A stretch of DNA of 62,206 nucleotides from Prevotella sp. (GCA_036758085.1 DAIOXG010000001.1:8470-70675), one strand, 5' to 3'. Positions 8,986 to 18,867 are shown, numbered from the stretch's first letter. Made by a program: numbers and translations. Notes: a model not told the origin generated them from the sequence alone.

Positions 8986-9294
8986 ATGAATAAGACAGAC
9001 ATTCAGAATCTTTTGCAGGTTCCTGCAGAACAGAAAGAAATAATTTTTGCAGTTCTCGATTGTGCAGAGCATGGTTCAGTTGAGCGAGTATCCATCAAAG
9101 ACAAGAACGACGAGGCTGACGAAGCTGAGCAGAAGGCAAATGCTGACAAGAAGTTTGTTAGCATCTTCATCGGTGCTTCTGGCTTCAACAAGCTCGAGAA
9201 GGCTGTCGTAGTTGCTCCGGAAGGAACTAGCTTCGACACATTCTCAGACCCTGAGGACGGCACAAGCTATGTAAGAGTTTCTTTCTATATCTAA
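8986..9294 (+). CDS. Hypothetical protein
   Basis: Internal ATG of ORF 8842..9294, with its own upstream motif and terminator. Confidence 0.65.
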   Translation: MNKTDIQNLLQVPAEQKEIIFAVLDCAEHGSVERVSIKDKNDEADEAEQKANADKKFVSIFIGASGFNKLEKAVVVAPEGTSFDTFSDPEDGTSYVRVSFYI

Positions 9295-9326
9295 TCATCT
9301 GTTTGCAAAAAACTAATTTGGGTAGG

Positions 9327-9356
9327 TGGGCGTTCCGGCAACGGCGCCCATTTTTA
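9327..9356 (+). terminator. Intrinsic terminator
   Basis: TGGGCG..CCG-GCAA-CGG-CGCCCA plus TTTTT. Confidence 0.7.
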
Positions 9357-9365
9357 GATTAAACG

Positions 9366-9755
9366 ATGAAGAAGATAACTTTCACAATTCCAATGTTCTA
9401 CTTCGACGTGACTTTATTGCAGGTCGAATCAAAGGACGATGTGAAGCAAGTAGAGAAGGCTTGTCTCAACTTCGATATGGAACCCGAAGATGTAGAAGCA
9501 GTTATCGACAAAGTTGAGCGCGACTGCACAGACGGAGGCGATACATTCAGAAACTTCCGCTTCAAGAAGTTCTTGGTTATCTTCTATCGAATGACTTCTT
9601 GCAAGATGCGAGAGAATATCTGGTCGCACGAAAAACGACATATCGAAGATAGAATTTTGCAGTTCTTGAATATAGACGACGTAGAGACAGCTGCAATCAT
9701 CGCAGGTTATCTCGGAGAACAATTACACGACTTCCGCTTAATGCAAAGACCATGA
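9366..9755 (+). CDS. HExxH metallopeptidase-like hypothetical protein
   Basis: SHEKRH...ETAAIIAGY. Confidence 0.55.
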   Translation: MKKITFTIPMFYFDVTLLQVESKDDVKQVEKACLNFDMEPEDVEAVIDKVERDCTDGGDTFRNFRFKKFLVIFYRMTSCKMRENIWSHEKRHIEDRILQFLNIDDVETAAIIAGYLGEQLHDFRLMQRP

Positions 9756-9979
9756 CTATAATCGCAGAAATAATCGCTTGGTTGGCTACGTTCTTTCGTG
9801 GCGCAGGTATGCTTGCAAAGAAAGCAAATACCGTAAAGTATCTTGTCAGTGTCGGAAATCTATTTTGGATGATTAACGGCATAATGACAAAGAATGTTCC
9901 ACTTGTTGTCAGTAATGGCTTCTGCCTCGCAGTTATGCTGTTTCAAATCGTTAAAGCAGATATAGACAGAAGAGCATGA
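9752..9979 (+). CDS. Small 3-TM membrane protein (YgjV/PQ-loop-like)
   Basis: Three hydrophobic segments; GNLFWMINGI...PLVVSNG. Confidence 0.55.
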   Translation: MTIIAEIIAWLATFFRGAGMLAKKANTVKYLVSVGNLFWMINGIMTKNVPLVVSNGFCLAVMLFQIVKADIDRRA

Positions 9980-10230
9980 AGTACGTTATCCTCAGAGAAA
10001 AGGAGGTTCTGCATCCTATCTTGTTCGCTGACCACACAACACATTCGCAGATAAAAGTAGAAGGCGCGGAGCCAATATCTGCAGGATTTGTTATGCTGGA
10101 AAAGACAGGCAACATCAAGTGTTATGGAAAGTCTGATTCATTAAACTTAACTCCAGGTGTGAATGACGAGGCAATCATATTAAGCTGGTTGAAGAACTGC
10201 GGCATTTACGCCTTCTTATCTTTCGACTAA
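9976..10230 (+). CDS. Hypothetical protein
   Basis: ATGA coupling; H...PISAGF...CYGKSDSL. Confidence 0.65.
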   Translation: MKYVILREKEVLHPILFADHTTHSQIKVEGAEPISAGFVMLEKTGNIKCYGKSDSLNLTPGVNDEAIILSWLKNCGIYAFLSFD

Positions 10231-10232
10231 TT

Positions 10233-10535
10233 ATGTGGTTCAAGATTCTTACAGGAAAGGAATACAAGCAGTATAAGGCAGACAAGGCGCGAATGACGCT
10301 CGACCAAAATACTATTGCTGGGTACAAATGCAAGATTGCCAACTTAGAGCGTTCTTTGGCTTTAGCCAATGAGCAGTCAGCAAAGTTATTGCGACAAAAG
10401 AGTCACTTCGAGAAAATCAAGTACGAAGTCGAGTTAGACACTCGCGAGGCTCAAAAGAAGATACTCCAGTTATCTAAGCAGCTTTGCCACGTCGAGGCTG
10501 AATTGGAACGTGTAACTAATCAAAGAATAAAATGA
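10233..10535 (+). CDS. Coiled-coil hypothetical protein
   Basis: 100-aa ORF. Confidence 0.6.
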   Translation: MWFKILTGKEYKQYKADKARMTLDQNTIAGYKCKIANLERSLALANEQSAKLLRQKSHFEKIKYEVELDTREAQKKILQLSKQLCHVEAELERVTNQRIK

Positions 10536-11170
10536 AAATACAAGTAACTCAAATGGTAGGATGGGATTGGTGCAAACGGCTCTTGCTCCGAACACAGAAC
10601 AAGAAGCCAAAGACACCGATGCCTACAAAGGAGCAGAAGCTCCAGTGGCTAATGGCAGAGCACTCGCCAATCAAAGTAGTGCAGTGGTGCATAGACATCG
10701 ACGACCTTATGCAGTGGGTTGGAGTACATCTTATTCGCCATCCGTTCTTACTTCCGTTTATTTCTTCTCAAAGAAGCGACAAGACTTCTGACAAGGAGGC
10801 TGTGTTGTCGCTGATACGAAAGGAGATAATTGAATCTCCTGAGTTCAATGAAGAGAATTGGCGCAACTATCGCCTGCAAGGAAGCGAGAACAACCATTCA
10901 TTCGTAGTAAATGCGCAGACACTAATTAACATGTCTAAGAAGCGTCTTTGCTCATGCGCTTCGAAAGAGACAAGGGCTGTGTGGACTGCTGTAAAGGCTT
11001 ATATCGCTGAGCAAGACCCGGAAATGGCAGCAGTGATGGTTCCTACTTGCGTTTATCGTGGAGGATGCCCAGAAATGAAGTGCTGCGGATACGTCCTTAC
11101 AGACGCTTACAAGAAGGCTCACGAAGCTTATTGGCATAATATAAAGCCAGCAGAAGAGAGATTGAAATGA
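10532..11170 (+). CDS. thyX: Flavin-dependent thymidylate synthase (Thy1)-like
   Basis: AEHSP, VHLIRH...SQRSD, KRLCSCASKETR, VPTCVYRGGCPE. Confidence 0.75.
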   Translation: MKIQVTQMVGWDWCKRLLLRTQNKKPKTPMPTKEQKLQWLMAEHSPIKVVQWCIDIDDLMQWVGVHLIRHPFLLPFISSQRSDKTSDKEAVLSLIRKEIIESPEFNEENWRNYRLQGSENNHSFVVNAQTLINMSKKRLCSCASKETRAVWTAVKAYIAEQDPEMAAVMVPTCVYRGGCPEMKCCGYVLTDAYKKAHEAYWHNIKPAEERLK

Positions 11171-11454
11171 GTTTCGTTCAAATTCGTAAACGGCATAAAG
11201 AAAATGGCAATTACTTCGGTGACTTAATAATAGACACCGAAGCAATTGCTTATATAGAAGGTCCTACAAATAATACGCAAGGCAAGAATTATGGCTGCAT
11301 CTACTTAAAGAATGGAGAACGAGTAAAAGTCTACGAAAAAGAATACAAAGCACTAAAATCAGCATTGAATTATGTCGATAAAACAGATTGCAATACCAAA
11401 GAAGAAACGTCTAAAGCTTCAGCGTCCTCTGAACATTCTATCCCTCGATTTTGA
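11167..11454 (+). CDS. Hypothetical protein
   Basis: ATGA-coupled 95-aa ORF. Confidence 0.55.
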   Translation: MSFVQIRKRHKENGNYFGDLIIDTEAIAYIEGPTNNTQGKNYGCIYLKNGERVKVYEKEYKALKSALNYVDKTDCNTKEETSKASASSEHSIPRF

Positions 11455-12163
11455 CTATTTCTTGAAGTTCGAGAACGATGATGCTTCAATACTTGCTGAG
11501 TTTCCGGATGGCACAGAAGCTTTCATGCCGTACAACGATGTTGTTTGGGCAATTCATCTTGCGCATAAAGAAATTGAGGATAAGATAAATACAGTAAAGT
11601 GCAACGAAGATGAACTTGCAAATGTTTCGGTTTTCTTGAATGGATGCAAGTCTGACATACCTGTAATGATTGCAAATTCACACGTCCATATACATGACTT
11701 CATTCTTCAGCACGCAAAGCCTGGACAGGAATTAAGAATACTCAACTTAGATTTCCACCACGATGCTTATCATACAGAGCAAGAACTGAACTGCGGTAAT
11801 TGGGTGTTGGAGCTAAAAGACAGAATCGACAATCCTGTAGTCTATCAATGGGTCACTTCCGACAACGGATGGAACGCCTCAGAAGGAACAATTCCTAGTT
11901 TCGTTCAAGGAGCATATCGTTTCAAGACATTCAAAGACTATTTGTCTTGGAACAAAGAGTACAAGCCTGACTTAATCTTCTTATGCAGGAGCGATGTATG
12001 GGTTCCACCTCACTTGGATGGTTACTTCGATATACTGATGCGCTTTATGGCTTCACATTTCAGATACGTTACAGGAGAACAAAGAATAACAAAGCCACGT
12101 GACTTATCAGAAGAAATTGCTAAGCTGCGTGAGGCATATAACACTGTATTCAAATGGAAGTAA
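11372..12163 (+). CDS. UPF0489/arginase-deacetylase-fold metallohydrolase-like protein
   Basis: LSLDFDYF, NSH, NLDFHHD, NCGNW and FLCRS..WVPP motifs. Confidence 0.6.
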   Translation: MSIKQIAIPKKKRLKLQRPLNILSLDFDYFLKFENDDASILAEFPDGTEAFMPYNDVVWAIHLAHKEIEDKINTVKCNEDELANVSVFLNGCKSDIPVMIANSHVHIHDFILQHAKPGQELRILNLDFHHDAYHTEQELNCGNWVLELKDRIDNPVVYQWVTSDNGWNASEGTIPSFVQGAYRFKTFKDYLSWNKEYKPDLIFLCRSDVWVPPHLDGYFDILMRFMASHFRYVTGEQRITKPRDLSEEIAKLREAYNTVFKWK

Positions 12164-12537
12164 TATATCATAATTGTACTTGGTGGTGGGGAGAAACAGT
12201 AAAAATCATCCTATCAAGCGGACAAGGCACAATAGAAGTGCAGATAGAGAAAGCAACTCCAAACACAGCCTACTTTAGAGGCTTGTCAGTTCTTCCGGAG
12301 AGCAGACGTCATCAACTTGGAACACAGCTTATTGCTTACGCTACAAAGGTAGCAATAGACAAAGGACTGAAGTTCTTGCAGCTAACCGCAGACAAGACTA
12401 ATGAATGGCTCGTAAATTGGTACAAAAGACTCGGTTTTGAGATTTGGTCGGAGGAAGAGCACGAGTATGTAATGATAGCTCTATCCTCGGACGTCAAAAA
12501 TTCGCTTGTGGGCTCGTTTCAAGTGCCAAATGTGTAA
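12154..12537 (+). CDS. GNAT acetyltransferase
   Basis: LSVLPESRRHQLGTQLI...WYKRLGF. Confidence 0.85.
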   Translation: MEVIYHNCTWWWGETVKIILSSGQGTIEVQIEKATPNTAYFRGLSVLPESRRHQLGTQLIAYATKVAIDKGLKFLQLTADKTNEWLVNWYKRLGFEIWSEEEHEYVMIALSSDVKNSLVGSFQVPNV

Positions 12538-12597
12538 TTTATTGTTTGGCTGAAGAAAATCGATTGTGGCGTACTTCTGTGCCCAAATTTGCCTATT
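12496..12597 (+). repeat. Dispersed tripartite element, copy 1
   Basis: AAAAATTCGCTTG...GTAATTTATT...AAAATCGATTGTGGCGTAC. Confidence 0.8.
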
Positions 12598-12820
12598 GAA
12601 AAACTTTTAGGAACAAAGATATAAAAAGAAAACATAAAAATTTTTGGCATGAAAGAACATATACAAAAATTCTTTGCTTTCTTAGCGAAGATTGCTTTCG
12701 GAAGAAAGTATGATAAAAGACGCTACGAAATAGCCAAAGAGCTGTTCGTCACTTACAAAGAAATTACTTCCAAGGACGCTGCAAAGGCTGCAAATAACTT
12801 GGTAGAAGCACTAAAGGCTT

Positions 12821-13117
12821 ATGCTTAAAGCATCGTTATTGCCAGAGTTCGGAACGCAAGACCCTGGACCTAATTACGAAAACTACTTCAAGTGGCTGAA
12901 AGAACGCTACAAGCTTGAAGTCGAGTTCGAGCAAGAAGGCAAGGCCAAAGTTCACGTAGAGGCTTATTGGAATCCAGGTTGGCGACTTTATGCGCTGAAG
13001 TTAGACTGTACTTGGCACAATAGCATCGCAATTACAATGGCAATAAGAGAACTAAATCGCTATATTACAAGAGAGTGGCCAGAAGAAAATAAGTTGTTCG
13101 AAGAATTCTATGCGTAG
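12821..13117 (+). CDS. Hypothetical protein
   Basis: 98-aa ORF. Confidence 0.6.
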   Translation: MLKASLLPEFGTQDPGPNYENYFKWLKERYKLEVEFEQEGKAKVHVEAYWNPGWRLYALKLDCTWHNSIAITMAIRELNRYITREWPEENKLFEEFYA

Positions 13118-13385
13118 AGTATTCAAATATCAATTATATAACCCAACATCTGTATTGGGTTTGTCAAAGTCAGCAATTATACGTAAAGTTGCATTGCAGT
13201 ACGGATATCCTACAGTATGGGCTGAGGTCGATGAAGCAGAAGAAAAGAGGCTGTACGAAGTACGCTCTTTCTGCACAGGAGAAGCTTTGCCGGAAGACAT
13301 CGACACTTATTCATTCCTTGACACTGTCTTGTGTAGTGACGGTGCCATCTTCTTACACTTCTATGGTAAATGGCTGAATCAATGA
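13110..13385 (+). CDS. Conserved-type phage hypothetical protein
   Basis: RVFKYQL...Q..PTVWAEVD...TG...FLDTV. Confidence 0.6.
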   Translation: MRRVFKYQLYNPTSVLGLSKSAIIRKVALQYGYPTVWAEVDEAEEKRLYEVRSFCTGEALPEDIDTYSFLDTVLCSDGAIFLHFYGKWLNQ

Positions 13386-13810
13386 ACGTACTTTCGATAG
13401 AGCAAATGAAGGAATTGCAGACATTATGCTGCAATGTAAAGAAAGCAAGCAGAGCTTATCTCGTTAAAGAAATAAACAACAGATTTGACGAGAAAACGCA
13501 TAGTGCTTGGGCAGAGTTTACATACTACGAAGAAACTGCTCCAGTCGATAAGCTTTCTACAGGCTATTTAGCAACTCGTTTTGGCAAAGCTCTAATCTAC
13601 ACTTTCACTACGGAAGACATCATCGACTTATTCAAAGCAGTCACGACAAAGAGCTTCGTTCTTAATGGACGCCATTATTACACTGCAGACGATAGTGCAA
13701 ATCATCATTCCCAGTCAAGCGTTTCTTTTCTAGATGCTCTATTCAAGTTACTGAAAACAGCACTCAAAGATAAGTACAATAAGACTTTAATCGAAGAAGC
13801 ACATGGATAA
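13370..13810 (+). CDS. Hypothetical protein
   Basis: 146-aa ORF. Confidence 0.6.
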   Translation: MAESMNVLSIEQMKELQTLCCNVKKASRAYLVKEINNRFDEKTHSAWAEFTYYEETAPVDKLSTGYLATRFGKALIYTFTTEDIIDLFKAVTTKSFVLNGRHYYTADDSANHHSQSSVSFLDALFKLLKTALKDKYNKTLIEEAHG

Positions 13811-14114
13811 GTTACCGATACGACCAGAAGCTGAGATACAGCAAGTGTTCGATTCTCTAAAGACAAAGACAGAAAGCCCTGACTTAATGACTTTAGAGAA
13901 CATCGACATCCGCCTTGCTTATCTATGCATCATGTATGCAATCTCAAACAAAATCGAAAGCTTTTATTCTAAGAAACTAAAACTACCTCCAGGAATACAG
14001 AGCAGAGCAATCGTTCTTCTTTATTTTGAATGGCTGCACTGTGAAAGAGACTTGGAGGACTTCTTTATCATACCATACAAAACAATAGGAAATGAAAATT
14101 TACAGAGTCAATGA
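13803..14114 (+). CDS. Hypothetical protein
   Basis: 103-aa ORF. Confidence 0.55.
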   Translation: MDKLPIRPEAEIQQVFDSLKTKTESPDLMTLENIDIRLAYLCIMYAISNKIESFYSKKLKLPPGIQSRAIVLLYFEWLHCERDLEDFFIIPYKTIGNENLQSQ

Positions 14115-14367
14115 GCCTGTCGAAGAAAGGCCGGACGAAGAGCTTTCTTTAGAGGAAGCAAATGACATTATAGGTGGCATGGTTGAAGCATTATCCCTGA
14201 GACATGGCTTACTTGCTTTAATGGACGAAGAAAGCGTAATAAAGCAGCTTCCTTTCAATCAAGAAGCAACCGACGAAGTCGATAGACTAACCGCACCGCA
14301 GATATTGCACAGGCTTTACGGAACAATAATCATTATAAGACAAAAAGATTTCGGTTACGATGCATAA
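14092..14367 (+). CDS. DUF3846-like protein
   Basis: LEEANDIIGGMVE...MDEE...LPFN..AT...LYGTIII. Confidence 0.65.
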   Translation: MKIYRVNEPVEERPDEELSLEEANDIIGGMVEALSLRHGLLALMDEESVIKQLPFNQEATDEVDRLTAPQILHRLYGTIIIIRQKDFGYDA

Positions 14368-14767
14368 GCTAGAAGACAACATATTTGAAATAGAGCTCGA
14401 CATCTACAACATAGATATAGTCGTAGCTGTCGGTGCTCCGGCATTCAACCGCCTGAACGAACTTTATACTCCAATCGATGAAAAATACGAATGTCTTGAA
14501 GAGCCGACTGCAAATACTCCTGCTTGCACTTGGGGACGAATGAAAGACAGTGTTGGGAATGCAGCTATCTTAGTCTGGTTCCAAAACGCATATGCTCTGC
14601 AAAGACAATATTATTCCTCTCGCGAAGCCTCACACGCAGCAATGTACGTTTGGCAGCATATCGATGCAAATGTCGATTTAGGCAACCAGGAGCCTTTCGC
14701 TTATCTCGTTGGCTATATAAATGAAAAGTTCTCAGATATATTCGAAGAAAACTACAAGTCGCATTAG
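14360..14767 (+). CDS. Metallopeptidase-like hypothetical protein
   Basis: REASHA...EPFAYLVGY (HExxH variant). Confidence 0.5.
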   Translation: MHKLEDNIFEIELDIYNIDIVVAVGAPAFNRLNELYTPIDEKYECLEEPTANTPACTWGRMKDSVGNAAILVWFQNAYALQRQYYSSREASHAAMYVWQHIDANVDLGNQEPFAYLVGYINEKFSDIFEENYKSH

Positions 14768-14769
14768 CG

Positions 14770-15984
14770 AGTATACAGTAAGAAAGCATATCGAAAAGCA
14801 AAAATCGAATTAAAATGTTAAGAGCTATCAAATATGAGTTAAATCCTACAAGCGTACAAAAGACGCTTATCAAGCAAACTTGCGGCTGCTGCCGAAAGGT
14901 ATATAACATTTTGCTTGACAGGAAGATTAAGGCTTATAAAGAAGATAGCAAAACACTTTCTTGTGCAGAACTTATGCGCGAACTTACAAAGTTAAAAGAG
15001 CAATTCCCTTATCTTAAAGAAGTTTCAAGTGTTGCTCTGCAGCAAGCTGTTAATAATCTAGACACAGCTTATAAGAGTTTCTTTAGAAAGAAAGGGTCTG
15101 GCTTTCCTAAGTTCAAGAAGAAGGGAATTAAAGACAGCTATAGGATAGTTCAGCCAGGAAATATCGATTTTACAAATTGGACTGCTCATATAGCAAAGAT
15201 AGGGAAAGTACGAATATTCAAAGGAAGAAACAAAGAGATAAATGGAAAAATCAAGTCATTCACCACAACACATACGAGTACAGATAGGTACTTCATTTCT
15301 GTGTTGTACGAAACTTCTGACAAGCCAAAGCTTATGAATAATAAAGCCGTAGGCATAGATGTCGGAGTCAAGGACTTTGCTGTTCTCAGTGATGGAAAAG
15401 TATTCGAAAGCCAAGAATACTTGAAGCACAATCTTCGGAAATTGAGGATATTGCAAAGGACTGCATCGCGCAGATACAAGAAAGGATTAAAAAGAGAAGA
15501 GCAATCTAACAATTGGAAGAAAGCAATTTTCCGTATCAATAAATTGCATGAGCGCATTTCATTTCAGAGGAACGATTTCTTACATAAACTTAGCAATTTG
15601 GTCGCATCAAATTACTCAGTTGTATGTGTAGAAACTTTGGGGGTAAAGAGTATGATGAAGAATCACCATCTTGCACGTTCGATAGCTGATGTGTCTTGGG
15701 CAAAGTTTATTGAGCTGCTAGAGTATAAGTGCGACAAACTTATAAAAGTAGATAGGTGGTTTGCAAGCAGCCAAACCTGTTATGATTGCTGTTATGTAAA
15801 TAAAGCAACAAAGAATCTCCGTGTTCGCAAGTGGACTTGTCCTAATTGTGGCGCTCATCATGATAGAGATTTGAATGCTGCTAAGAACATATTAAGGGAA
15901 GGGCTATCCCTTTGTGGGCTTAAAGTAGATGGTTGCATCAAGCTTGCCACAGAACCTCACCTGCTTTAGCGGTGGGCATAGTCA
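14770..15984 (+). mobile_element. TnpB-only (IS1341-like) IS200/IS605-family element
   Basis: No tnpA in the window; right-end-like hairpin CTCACCTGC-TTTA-GCGGTGGG then ATAGTCA; left end approximate. Confidence 0.7.
14815..15969 (+). CDS. tnpB: RNA-guided endonuclease TnpB
   Basis: N-terminal HTH (GCCRKVYN), RuvC D (GIDVG), E (CVETL), D (DRDLNAA), Zn ribbon CYDC...CPNC. Confidence 0.95.
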   Translation: MLRAIKYELNPTSVQKTLIKQTCGCCRKVYNILLDRKIKAYKEDSKTLSCAELMRELTKLKEQFPYLKEVSSVALQQAVNNLDTAYKSFFRKKGSGFPKFKKKGIKDSYRIVQPGNIDFTNWTAHIAKIGKVRIFKGRNKEINGKIKSFTTTHTSTDRYFISVLYETSDKPKLMNNKAVGIDVGVKDFAVLSDGKVFESQEYLKHNLRKLRILQRTASRRYKKGLKREEQSNNWKKAIFRINKLHERISFQRNDFLHKLSNLVASNYSVVCVETLGVKSMMKNHHLARSIADVSWAKFIELLEYKCDKLIKVDRWFASSQTCYDCCYVNKATKNLRVRKWTCPNCGAHHDRDLNAAKNILREGLSLCGLKVDGCIKLATEPHLL

Positions 15985-15990
15985 GAAATA

Positions 15991-16149
15991 ATGAAACAAC
16001 TCAAAGAAAAGTGGTATAACTTTAGACAAAAGCACGGAAAGACGGCTTTGATAATAGCAATAGCGTTGTTTATGCTGCACATTCTTTGGCACGTTCTAAC
16101 CGGAGGTTTAATAATCGCAGTCGCATTAAAACTATTTCAAAATGGATAA
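15991..16149 (+). CDS. 52-aa membrane protein, possible holin
   Basis: Read manually: MKQLKEKWYNFRQKHGKTALIIAIALFMLHILWHVLTGGLIIAVALKLFQNG. Confidence 0.5.
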   Translation: MKQLKEKWYNFRQKHGKTALIIAIALFMLHILWHVLTGGLIIAVALKLFQNG

Positions 16150-16486
16150 GGATTTCAAAAAGCAGTTGGACGAAGCAACGAAGTTAGGAGCAAAAGACGG
16201 TCGAATCAAGCTCGAAAAGCCAACCCTGTATATTGTCGACACAACCATGGCAGAGCCGGTGCTGCTTGGTTATGTCGTTTCTGCAATGAAGGCTGAAAAG
16301 TTCGACCAAAACCAAATCGAGGCTTTTACGACTTCGGTTATTGCAGACCCTGGTGACAAAATTCACTCTCCGAAGCTCGTCGGCAAAGAAGAGCTTGTCG
16401 CTAAGGCCCGTATGCAAATACATCTCTGCAACGAACACCTTCTTGGCAGGATTCCACAAGAAATAAAAGACAAATACAACTTGTAG
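16142..16486 (+). CDS. Hypothetical protein
   Basis: 114-aa ORF. Confidence 0.6.
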   Translation: MDKDFKKQLDEATKLGAKDGRIKLEKPTLYIVDTTMAEPVLLGYVVSAMKAEKFDQNQIEAFTTSVIADPGDKIHSPKLVGKEELVAKARMQIHLCNEHLLGRIPQEIKDKYNL

Positions 16487-16488
16487 TT

Positions 16489-16989
16489 ATGCAACTATCA
16501 GAACACTTTTCACTTCGGGAACTGACAGTGTCTGCAGCAGCGAAAAGACGCGGACTTGACAATACTCCGAATAGCGAGGCTTTAGCAAATCTAAAGAACC
16601 TCGCAACTTTCGTATTAGAGCCTTTGCGCAAATTATACGGGAAGCCAATCATCGTTACATCCGGTTATCGCAGCCAGGCAGTCAATAAAGTCGTCGGTGG
16701 TGCTGTCCATTCACAGCATACTCAAGGCAAGGCTGCTGACATCAAGTGCCAAGCTGACACAAGAGAAGGAAATAAAGAGCTTTTCGATGCAATCATCAAA
16801 AGCGGACTTCCATTCGACCAGGTCATCAACGAATACAACTATGATTGGATTCACGTTTCATACAATCCGATGTATCAGCGCGGACAAATCATGAAGTGCG
16901 AGAGAAAGAACTGTCGAGCTGTCTATACAGACATCGGCAATACTTATATGCTTGACGGTAGAACAGCTAAATCATACGTTAAGACATGA
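16489..16989 (+). CDS. Peptidase M15 endolysin
   Basis: HFSLREL, TSGYRS..VN..VGGA.HSQHTQGKAAD, FDQVINE...WIHVS. Confidence 0.9.
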   Translation: MQLSEHFSLRELTVSAAAKRRGLDNTPNSEALANLKNLATFVLEPLRKLYGKPIIVTSGYRSQAVNKVVGGAVHSQHTQGKAADIKCQADTREGNKELFDAIIKSGLPFDQVINEYNYDWIHVSYNPMYQRGQIMKCERKNCRAVYTDIGNTYMLDGRTAKSYVKT

Positions 16990-17633
16990 AACTAACATTC
17001 AACTTCAAAAAGCGGATATGCATCATTATATCCGTTGTCGCTTTACTTGTGACTGTGTACTTTGCAGGTTTACACAAAGCATATAATCAACTTGAGCGTC
17101 TTGAGCAGAACCAGGAGTTGCTGCTCGCAAAGAACGAGAGTCTTAGAATTGATTCAGCAAAGCACATGTCTGAGATAAAGACTTTGAACTTGACTGCTGA
17201 CGAGTTCAAGAAAGCCAATACTTATCTTTCTAACAAAGTTGCAGAACTCGAAATATCGAACAAAAGACTGCGTAGCGCCTCAGTCGCATCTTACAAAGTC
17301 GTTACAAAGATAGAGACAAAAGTCAAGGATTCGCTTATCTTCGTTCACGACACAATTCCTACGTTTGCCAGAATGTTTGATTACACTGATGCTTACACAG
17401 ACGTAAAAGGCTATGTCACAACTGAAGATGCTGTGCTCAACATCCATACACGTGACACGATTACGCACATCATGTCATACAAGCCGAAACGCTATTTCTT
17501 CGGGCTTATCAAGTGTGGCAAAAAGTACGTAAAGAGCACGTTCGCCAATGCAAATCCAAACGCAACAATAGTCGTTCAAGAAGCTGTCGAGATTACAGAC
17601 AAGCAGAATAAGCACGTAAACGGCTGCCCATAA
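16986..17633 (+). CDS. Membrane-anchored coiled-coil protein, Rz/spanin-like
   Basis: N-terminal TM and coiled coil; directly after the endolysin. Confidence 0.55.
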   Translation: MKLTFNFKKRICIIISVVALLVTVYFAGLHKAYNQLERLEQNQELLLAKNESLRIDSAKHMSEIKTLNLTADEFKKANTYLSNKVAELEISNKRLRSASVASYKVVTKIETKVKDSLIFVHDTIPTFARMFDYTDAYTDVKGYVTTEDAVLNIHTRDTITHIMSYKPKRYFFGLIKCGKKYVKSTFANANPNATIVVQEAVEITDKQNKHVNGCP

Positions 17634-17732
17634 AAATTCGATTTTGAGCACAGCCAAAAATCGGCAAGGTTATTCATTACCAAAGAACTTTTGTGGCTGT
17701 GGTGACGACGAAAACAGGCAAAATTGCCTATT
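17632..17732 (+). repeat. Dispersed tripartite element, copy 2
   Basis: AAAAATTCGATTTTGAGCAC...GTTATTCATTAC...TGTGG...AAAACAGGCAAAATTGCCTA. Confidence 0.8.
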
Positions 17733-17756
17733 GTGTGACGTAATTTTAATAACGAA

Positions 17757-18254
17757 ATGGAAGTAATTCAATCATTTCAGATAGACCATACTTGCTTGAA
17801 GCACGGAATCTATGTCTCACGACAAGACAATGGCTTCATCACTTTTGATTTGCGCTTTACAGAGCCGAACAAAGAGCCTGCAATGCACCCAAACGCAGTG
17901 CATACGTTAGAGCATCTTGGCGCAACTTATTTCCGCAATAGCGACATCAAAGATAGCGTTGTTTACTTCGGGCCAATGGGATGCTTGACAGGTTTCTATC
18001 TAATTCTGTCCGGAGAGCACACAATAGATGAAGTTCTCGACTTTACAGAAGATTGCTTAGACTTCATCATCAACTTTGAAGGAGAGGTTCCTGGAGCAAA
18101 GCCAGAAATGTGCGGCAACTACTTACTTCACGATTTACCAACAGCCAAACTTTATGCAAAGAAATATTTGAAGGCTTTAGAGGAAGATTTCAACTGCGAA
18201 TATGTACGTTTGGAAAGAAAGGCCTACGATGGAAAAGTATTCCATGACGCTTGA
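17757..18254 (+). CDS. luxS: S-ribosylhomocysteine lyase (AI-2 synthase)
   Basis: SFQIDHT, FDLRFTEPN, HTLEH, GPMGCLTGFY and CGNY; catalytic and metal-binding motifs intact. Confidence 0.97.
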   Translation: MEVIQSFQIDHTCLKHGIYVSRQDNGFITFDLRFTEPNKEPAMHPNAVHTLEHLGATYFRNSDIKDSVVYFGPMGCLTGFYLILSGEHTIDEVLDFTEDCLDFIINFEGEVPGAKPEMCGNYLLHDLPTAKLYAKKYLKALEEDFNCEYVRLERKAYDGKVFHDA

Positions 18255-18280
18255 GGCTATTATAAAATAAAAACGTACAA

Positions 18281-18811
18281 ATGGAAGTAGAATCTTTAAT
18301 CAAGAGTATATCTGAGTTCGGTATACTCGTCGTTATTGCCGCAGTGTATCTAATCCAGAACTTTCGGGATAACTCTTCTTTGAAGGAAGACATTGCTGAG
18401 TTGAAATCGCTGCTTAGTAAGCTCACAAATGACTCTTTGGAAGCAAACCACAACACATTGCACTCTTATGAGCTGCAGGAGTACATTGGAATGTTCACAA
18501 AGGCCATGAAGTGCGACTTAGTGACGGAAGCCCTTATCGTGATTTACAACAATAATATACACGCGGACGAAGAGGCTGTCAAAAGGAACTTCAAGTTAAA
18601 AACAAAGGTTATTCTTGACAAGAATACAGACTTCTTAGAAGGAAAGACTTGTAACGGACACTCGCTTTTAGACATAGCAAATACGTTGAATCTTGACGAG
18701 CTTTCCGACGTTTGCATCACTTACATATTCACAGAACAGAAAGACAGAAATGTTATTAACTTAGTACGTCAGTTAGATACACTTCTTGGTGCTTTCAAAG
18801 CCCAACTTTAG
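18281..18811 (+). CDS. Protein with N-terminal TM (holin/antiholin-like?)
   Basis: ISEFGILVVIAAVYLI TM followed by a soluble domain; near the lysis genes. Confidence 0.45.
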   Translation: MEVESLIKSISEFGILVVIAAVYLIQNFRDNSSLKEDIAELKSLLSKLTNDSLEANHNTLHSYELQEYIGMFTKAMKCDLVTEALIVIYNNNIHADEEAVKRNFKLKTKVILDKNTDFLEGKTCNGHSLLDIANTLNLDELSDVCITYIFTEQKDRNVINLVRQLDTLLGAFKAQL

Positions 18812-18831
18812 TGGATGCTGCCATCATCGAA

Positions 18832-18867
18832 GGAGCCTCTGCGAGCAAGTCTTTGCAGCGGCTTTTC
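18832..18867 (+). terminator. Probable terminator hairpin
   Basis: AGCC-TCTGC...GCAG-CGGCT plus TTTT. Confidence 0.45.

Noticed and set aside
14815..15969. Cas12f / type V CRISPR effector
   Set aside because: There is no adjacent array, and the HTH plus IS-like right end indicate ordinary TnpB.
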